Positions 29,148 to 34,517 of a DNA stretch of 34,517 nucleotides are shown piece after piece (position 1 is the first letter of the stretch; each line of letters starts with the position of its first letter). The stretch is from sequence record SRR20825006_2834; one strand, given 5' to 3'. Position numbers and translations under genes: made by a program. The notes beneath the pieces were generated by a model. The model saw only the letters and a program-made list of their open reading frames with translations. It was not told where the DNA came from and ran no database searches.

Positions 29148-30056
29148 TTATTGAGCGGCGCCAAAGGCGGCGATAAATTGGTCTACCGTGTCTTGCAGCG
29201 AACGCACCCCGGTCGTGGCAATGTAAAAATCTGCCGGATGGACATAGATCACCTGCCCTTTTTGCATCGCCGTGGTTTGCGCCACCAGCTCATTGTCCAG
29301 GGTCACATCTGCGGTTGCGCCATCGCCGCGCGTGGCTTTGGTGCGGTCAAAGACGATCAACCAATCCGGGTTGACCTCATGCAGGAACTCGAAACTGATG
29401 GCCTCGCCGTGGGTTTCCGCGTCGACGTTGTCCAAAAGCGGCTCCACGCCAAAGGTCTCATGCACCCATCCAAAGCGCGATCCCGGTCCAAAGGCGGAGA
29501 GTTTCGGACCATTGGTCATGACGATCAAACCTTTCCCCGCATCTTTCGTCAAAGCCCGCAGGGTTTCGAGCGACGTGTGGAGCTGATCGACCAGATCCGT
29601 CGCTTTGGCCTCTTTTCCAAACAGGGCACCAAGCTCGGTGGTTTGGGTTTTGACCACCTTTTCAATATCGTCTGAAAACGGCGACATATCCACGGTTGGC
29701 GCGATTTTCCCCAAGAACTCAATTTGTTCTCGGGTGCGCGGTCCCGCGAGGATGAGGTCAGGCTTGAGGGCAAAGACCTGCTCATAATCCGGTTCAAACA
29801 AGGTACCAATATGGGGCCGCGTGCCGTCATCCAGATGTTCCAAAGCCGGAACATATATCGGCGAGGGAACGCCTGCCACATCAACCTCCAACGCCGTGAG
29901 GGTGTCCAATGTTCCAAGGTCGAATGTGATCACCTCAGTCGGGTTAGGCTGAACCGAGACTGTGCCGGCCAGTGTGGTCAATTGTGTTTCTGCCGCAGCC
30001 GCAGGGGCTGCAAAGGCAATCACACATGCGGCCCCCTTTAGGAGTTGTCCAAACAT
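29148..30056 (-). CDS. Siderophore ABC substrate-binding protein (FatB/CeuE-like)
   Basis: GTLFEPDYE, GPGSRFGW, HGEAISFEF, NPDWL. Sec signal ending AAA-AE. Confidence 0.92.
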   Translation of the reverse strand: MFGQLLKGAACVIAFAAPAAAAETQLTTLAGTVSVQPNPTEVITFDLGTLDTLTALEVDVAGVPSPIYVPALEHLDDGTRPHIGTLFEPDYEQVFALKPDLILAGPRTREQIEFLGKIAPTVDMSPFSDDIEKVVKTQTTELGALFGKEAKATDLVDQLHTSLETLRALTKDAGKGLIVMTNGPKLSAFGPGSRFGWVHETFGVEPLLDNVDAETHGEAISFEFLHEVNPDWLIVFDRTKATRGDGATADVTLDNELVAQTTAMQKGQVIYVHPADFYIATTGVRSLQDTVDQFIAAFGAAQ

Positions 30057-30613
30057 CGCTTTGCTTTCTTTTGAGAAAGACTGACTCGTGGCGGCGGCTG
30101 GGAGGGCAGTCATGATCATAAATATGTAGAAACGATTTAGACGATAAATTAACCGACAAAAAGAGTAAACTTTAAAAAATGGGCGCGGATGATGGACAAA
30201 GGCCTGGCTGGCATGGTCAAGTTAACGGCCTATGGTGACACGTCGGGCTGGATCGCTTCCCACCCCATAATCATCCCCTCCCGGGTCACATGCGGGATAT
30301 TCAGAAGAAAGAGCCGATTCGAAGCGCGCATCCATGACCAGCGCTTGAGGTTCGAGGCTGTTCTCCCACAACATGTTGCGAAACCTCACAAATTACTTAA
30401 AAATTCTATATTATCATAATGTTAACGGAAAAAATTAGAGCACAGCCTTAACACACACCCCCTTCCCCCGATGGGCTAAAGATAAAAAAATATTGCCTCG
30501 TGATAACTTGCGTGTCATGAGTTGAGTTGTCGCAATGTGCCGTAAATAGCGCCGTTTAGCGACGAAACGAGAAAGACCCAGTAAGAGGTCAACAAGGCAG
30601 AGTGAATTTAAAC

Positions 30614-31804
30614 ATGAAAACTGAAGATTCCAGTTCCATCGCAGCTTCCATTGCGTCAAATGCTGCGCGCTTGTCAGAAGCGCTCAATACCCATATGCGC
30701 AATAGCTTTCAGCCCGACAGCCGAAAAGTGCTACGCAAATTCCACCCTGCCGAAGTATCTGAGCTCACTGGCATCAGTATGTCAAATCTCAGAACACGCC
30801 ATCAGGAAGGCGATTTCCCTGATGTCGAGACAGATACCCGAGGCCGTAGGCTCTACACCGCAGAAGAGATCGACCAAATCCGCCATGTGATGGCCCGAAC
30901 AGGTCGAAATGGCGATACCTATCTCCCTGGCCGTCGCGAAAATGACGCTCTTCAGGTGATTTCCATCGTGAACTTTAAAGGTGGCTCAAGCAAAACGACC
31001 AGCGCCATCCACTTGGCGCAACGTTACGCCTTGCGAGGCTATCGGGTGCTGGCCGTCGATATGGATCCGCAGGCCAGCTTGACGACGATGTTCGGATATC
31101 GTCCTGAGATCGAATTTGCGGAGAGCGGCACAGTGTATGACGCGCTCAAATACGATGACCCCGTTCCCTTGAGCCAAGTCATCCGAAAGACCTATTTTCA
31201 CAATCTCGACCTCGCGCCTGCGGGGCTTTTGTTGTCTGAGTACGAGACCGAAACCGCCTATGCGCTTCAGCATAGGGTCGATCCCCCCTTTACTCAGCGC
31301 CTCGCGATTGCGCTCGACGAAGTTGAGGCAAACTACGATCTCGTGATCATTGATTGCCCACCGCAACTGGGCTTCACGACCATGACGGCATTGTTGGCAT
31401 CAACCGGTCTGTTGATCACAGTCGTTCCAAGCATGTTGGATGTCGCCTCAATGGCGCAATTCCTTGAAATGGCTGGAGAAACTGTCCAAACCCTAGAAGA
31501 GGCGGCCGGGCCGATTGACTGGAATTTCCTCAAATTCTTGATTGCCAGATATGAACCAACGGACGTCCCCCAATCGCAAATGGCGGGTTTCCTGAGGTCG
31601 ATTTTGCTCGATCAGGTTTTGACCACGCCGATGCTCAAATCCACGGCGATCTCTGACGCCGGCATGACACAGCAAACCATCTATGAGCTGGAGCCGTCGC
31701 AGGTTGTGAAAAAGACGCTGGATCGCATCCTTGAAAGCGTGAACGGCGTCGCTGACGAGTTTGAAAAGACGATTCAGCACGCTTGGGGAAGGGAGACTGA
31801 CTGA
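30614..31804 (+). CDS. repA: Plasmid partition ATPase RepA (ParA family)
   Basis: N-terminal HTH (GRRLYT), NFKGGSSKTT, DMDPQASLT, IDCPPQLGF, KSTAISDAG, C-terminal AWGR. Confidence 0.96.
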   Translation: MKTEDSSSIAASIASNAARLSEALNTHMRNSFQPDSRKVLRKFHPAEVSELTGISMSNLRTRHQEGDFPDVETDTRGRRLYTAEEIDQIRHVMARTGRNGDTYLPGRRENDALQVISIVNFKGGSSKTTSAIHLAQRYALRGYRVLAVDMDPQASLTTMFGYRPEIEFAESGTVYDALKYDDPVPLSQVIRKTYFHNLDLAPAGLLLSEYETETAYALQHRVDPPFTQRLAIALDEVEANYDLVIIDCPPQLGFTTMTALLASTGLLITVVPSMLDVASMAQFLEMAGETVQTLEEAAGPIDWNFLKFLIARYEPTDVPQSQMAGFLRSILLDQVLTTPMLKSTAISDAGMTQQTIYELEPSQVVKKTLDRILESVNGVADEFEKTIQHAWGRETD

Positions 31805-32781
31805 TGGCCCGTAGAAACCTGTTCCAGCCCCCTGCCCCACCTAATACTGGTAGCGCCGCGACGTCCAGTGGCGAGCAAAAACCGCGCTTTCCCAATACCG
31901 GTGCCATGAGTGGTGTCAAATCGACCTTGAAAGATGTCGCAAGCAATGCTGTGCGAGAAATTTCGGTCGATGTCATTGAAGAGAACGGTCCCAAGGATCG
32001 CCTGTCCTTTACGGATGCCGATGTTTTAGCCCTTGCGGCGAGCATCAAGGCCCATGGTCAACAAGTCCCCATCATGGTTCGACCTCTCGCGGATCGGCCC
32101 GGACATTATCGGATTGTGTATGGCCGCCGCAGATTGCGGGCCTTACGGTCTCTTGGGCTCCCCGCAAAGGCCCTTGTCCGGTCTCTGTCTGACGAGGAGG
32201 CCATTCTCGCCCAAGGCCAGGAAAACACACAGCGCCTGGACCCCAGTTTCATTGAAAAGGCGCTTTTTGCGGCTGAGTTGGCCACAAGCGGCTATGAGCA
32301 AGCGATCATTCTTGATGCCTTGGCCGTCGACAAACCGATGCTGTCGCGCATGACCAAGGTCGCGCGATCCATTCCCCAATCCGTCATCGAGCGGATTGGG
32401 TCCGCCCATGGCATCGGACGGCGTCGCTGGGAAGAGCTTGCCGATCAGATGCGCACCCATGATGTCGATCTTGAACAGATCGCTCACACACTTGACCTCG
32501 ACACTGCCAAGACTTCTGACGACCGGTTTGGATTGATCAGTGATGCGGTTGCACAATCCCTGACGGCCAAAGCGGCGGCAAAACCAGCCCCCTCCCCTAC
32601 CCTGACGATCAAACTGGGTGATGGAACAGTCTCGGCTGAAATTAAAGAAACGGCCCGCGCGTTGACATTTAAACTGTCAAAGTCCGAAGCCCCAGAATTT
32701 GCTCAGTGGATGCGTAACAACGCAGAAGCTGAGCTTACGCGTCTCTATGAGGCGTGGCAGTCGGCGCAAACGCCGGACTAA
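31804..32781 (+). CDS. repB: Plasmid partition protein RepB (ParB family)
   Basis: GQQVPIMVRP, YGRRRLRA, QGQENTQRLDPSFIEKALFA, IGRRRW. Translationally coupled to repA. Confidence 0.96.
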   Translation: MARRNLFQPPAPPNTGSAATSSGEQKPRFPNTGAMSGVKSTLKDVASNAVREISVDVIEENGPKDRLSFTDADVLALAASIKAHGQQVPIMVRPLADRPGHYRIVYGRRRLRALRSLGLPAKALVRSLSDEEAILAQGQENTQRLDPSFIEKALFAAELATSGYEQAIILDALAVDKPMLSRMTKVARSIPQSVIERIGSAHGIGRRRWEELADQMRTHDVDLEQIAHTLDLDTAKTSDDRFGLISDAVAQSLTAKAAAKPAPSPTLTIKLGDGTVSAEIKETARALTFKLSKSEAPEFAQWMRNNAEAELTRLYEAWQSAQTPD

Positions 32782-32827
32782 CCATAAACGAGCAGAACCA
32801 CATCAAAAGGAGCACGACCAACAGCCC

Positions 32828-32880
32828 AAAAAGAAAGAGCCCCCCAAGGTTTCCCTAGGAGAGCCCAATCTGTTCTTTGC
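32828..32880 (-). ncRNA. Counter-transcribed antisense RNA (ctRNA) of the repABC replicon
   Basis: In the repB-repC gap, minus-strand hairpin GGGCTCTCCTAGG-GAAA-CCTTGGGGGGCTC followed by TTTCTTTTT, preceded by a sigma70-like promoter. Confidence 0.8.
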
Positions 32881-32886
32881 ACTTTC

Positions 32887-32915
32887 AGATTTACCAGCTT
32901 CTCCACGTCAGTCAA
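32887..32915 (-). promoter_or_regulatory. ctRNA promoter
   Basis: TTGACT (32915-32910), 17-nt spacer, AAATCT (32892-32887). Confidence 0.65.
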
Positions 32916-33005
32916 CAACAACCGATTCGGTTGACCCATTTTTGTTGCCTTTTTTCTGATTTAGGACCTGACGGGGCCTTTCAGACCAGGTTGTCGTGAA
33001 AAAAC

Positions 33006-34100
33006 ATGGCATTTAAACAGGCAACCGCACCCATTGGGCTGCGGAACACAGAGCTATTGTCCGCGGACAATTCGATTCCAGAGCGCCACATCGTGATTGC
33101 AACCCTCCGAAATGCGGCCCCTCGCCTGGGTCTCAGCGCGTCCGTGATTTCGACCTTGGACGCGATGCTTTCATGCCTCGCACCAAAACGGAATCACCAT
33201 ACCGTCTTTGCATCGAACACAACGCTGACCTTCCGCCTCAACGGCATCTCAGACCGGACAATCAGGCGTCACGCGGCCGTGTTGCAGGATCTCGGTCTCC
33301 TCATCCGCCGTGACAGCCCCAATAGGAAGCGCTTCACAAAACATAACAGCCACGAAGGCACAGCCCTTCGATTTGGCTTTGATCTGTCACCTCTGTTTTC
33401 AAGACTCCACGAGTTTGCCGCCCTCGCCGCCGAGGTCCTCAGAGAAAAAGAGCAAATTGAATACCTCCGCGCCAAAATCAGAGCTGCCGCCAATGATAGC
33501 CTGCGGATCAATCCCGATGATGAGATTGCCCTTCAAACGTTGCGTACGCTTCGTCGTAAATTGTCACTCAAGGACTGCGAAACCCTGTTTGCGGAGCTTA
33601 CCGTCACCACGGTTGAAGCCGAAACAACCGACGATATTCCTGCTCATTCGACAACAACACTGTCCGCCAGTGACGGTCATTTTGTCCGGCACCTTCATAA
33701 GTCAAATAAAGAACATATTGATAAAGAAGAAGGCTGTGTAAAAAAAGAGACATCCCCATCCCAAGCAGAAGAGCCAATCACAGTTCCTGAATTGCTCTCA
33801 GCTTGTCCTGAAGCCGCACAGTTTTCATTGAAGAACATCGAGACAGTGCATGACGTCGTAGCCCACGCAAGGACGCTTGCACCCATGTTAGGCATCAGCA
33901 GCCAAAGCTATGAAGCCGCACATCGACGTCTTGGCGGGCTAAGAGCGGCGGCAACCGTTTGGGCAATTATGCAATTCCACGACAAAATCAAAGCCATCGG
34001 TGCATATTTCCGGGCGATTACTACGGGGTCAAAGAGCGCTGAGTTCAGTCCAGAAAAGCTCATCAGGCGTCTTGCGGCAGCGAAAACCTATGCGGCCTAA
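33006..34100 (+). CDS. repC: Replication initiator RepC
   Basis: VFASNTTL, GISDRTIRRH, IRRDSPNRKRF, FGFDLSPL, ACPEA, GAYFRAI. The AT-rich internal segment near 33695-33750 is consistent with an intragenic oriV. Confidence 0.95.
   Translation: MAFKQATAPIGLRNTELLSADNSIPERHIVIATLRNAAPRLGLSASVISTLDAMLSCLAPKRNHHTVFASNTTLTFRLNGISDRTIRRHAAVLQDLGLLIRRDSPNRKRFTKHNSHEGTALRFGFDLSPLFSRLHEFAALAAEVLREKEQIEYLRAKIRAAANDSLRINPDDEIALQTLRTLRRKLSLKDCETLFAELTVTTVEAETTDDIPAHSTTTLSASDGHFVRHLHKSNKEHIDKEEGCVKKETSPSQAEEPITVPELLSACPEAAQFSLKNIETVHDVVAHARTLAPMLGISSQSYEAAHRRLGGLRAAATVWAIMQFHDKIKAIGAYFRAITTGSKSAEFSPEKLIRRLAAAKTYAA
33056..33071. repeat. Palindrome ATTGTCCGCGGACAAT, parS-like site 1
   Basis: Perfect 16-bp palindrome inside the 5' end of repC. 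The identical core recurs at 34107-34122. Confidence 0.75.
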
Positions 34101-34103
34101 GCT

Positions 34104-34125
34104 AATATTGTCCGCGGACAATATT
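34104..34125. repeat. Palindrome AATATTGTCCGCGGACAATATT, parS-like site 2
   Basis: Perfect 22-bp palindrome 3 bp after the repC stop. Confidence 0.8.
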
Positions 34126-34355
34126 TTAAAAATTACGGACTTAAGATGGCTCGGATAAAAATGCCAACCCTCCAAAATAAGCTGAGACCAAAACCCGCAG
34201 AGCTTTGTGATGTCGTGGAAAAATCCATCCCCATCTCCGTCAAGCTATGTATCGCTACATATGCTGAAAGCCCCAGATTAGGCGAGTGTGAAGCAATTCA
34301 GGGCCGCATGGCGTTCAAACATGGCAACTAGGGTCCTCTCTTTACGGACCATGTG

Positions 34356-34517
34356 CTACAACCCCGCGGCTTTGGTGAGGTTGACGCGAAACCGGTCGCG
34401 GCGGCGTTGGTAGCGGCGGGTCATTTCGGCGCTGGCATGGCCAAGGTGTTTCTGAACATAGCGCTCATCGACCTCCGCCGAACTGGCGAGACCGGCGCGC
34501 AAGCTGTGGCCGGAGAA
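34356..34517 (-). CDS. Tyrosine recombinase/integrase, 3' end (rest outside the window)
   Basis: My translation is FSGHSLRAGLASSAEVDERYVQKHLGHASAEMTRRYQRRRDRFRVNLTKAAGL*, with HxxR, LGH and the catalytic Tyr. Confidence 0.9.
   Translation of the reverse strand, partial: FSGHSLRAGLASSAEVDERYVQKHLGHASAEMTRRYQRRRDRFRVNLTKAAGL

Overview
This window comes from an alphaproteobacterial (Rhodobacteraceae-like) repABC plasmid or chromid and holds four cargo blocks ahead of the replicon. (1) 1-13.2 kb is a pyridine-ring catabolic region. It encodes an Hpo/NicX-type 2,5-dihydroxypyridine dioxygenase, a maleamate amidase-like protein, a secreted tannase-family esterase, a flavin reductase, NicC, an unknown polytopic membrane protein, a dead GMC-oxidoreductase::aldehyde-dehydrogenase deletion chimera and a Liv-type ABC importer. 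nicC and the importer share a candidate TTAGT-NN-ACTAA operator. (2) After an IS30/IS3 scar, 13.6-22.2 kb is an apparent TetR regulon marked by two TACAGTACTGTA-type palindromes. It contains a periplasmic flavin amine oxidase + cytochrome c + RidA trio, a polar amino-acid ABC importer, a 2OG-Fe(II) oxygenase and a nucleoside hydrolase, and is the best candidate for an undescribed pathway. (3) An orphan LysR with a small divergent ORF. (4) Decayed exbBD facing an intact siderophore ABC importer and siderophore-interacting protein. The window ends with repA-repB-ctRNA-repC, two parS-like palindromes and the 3' end of a tyrosine recombinase. All family calls rest on motifs and remembered sequences; no database search was run.
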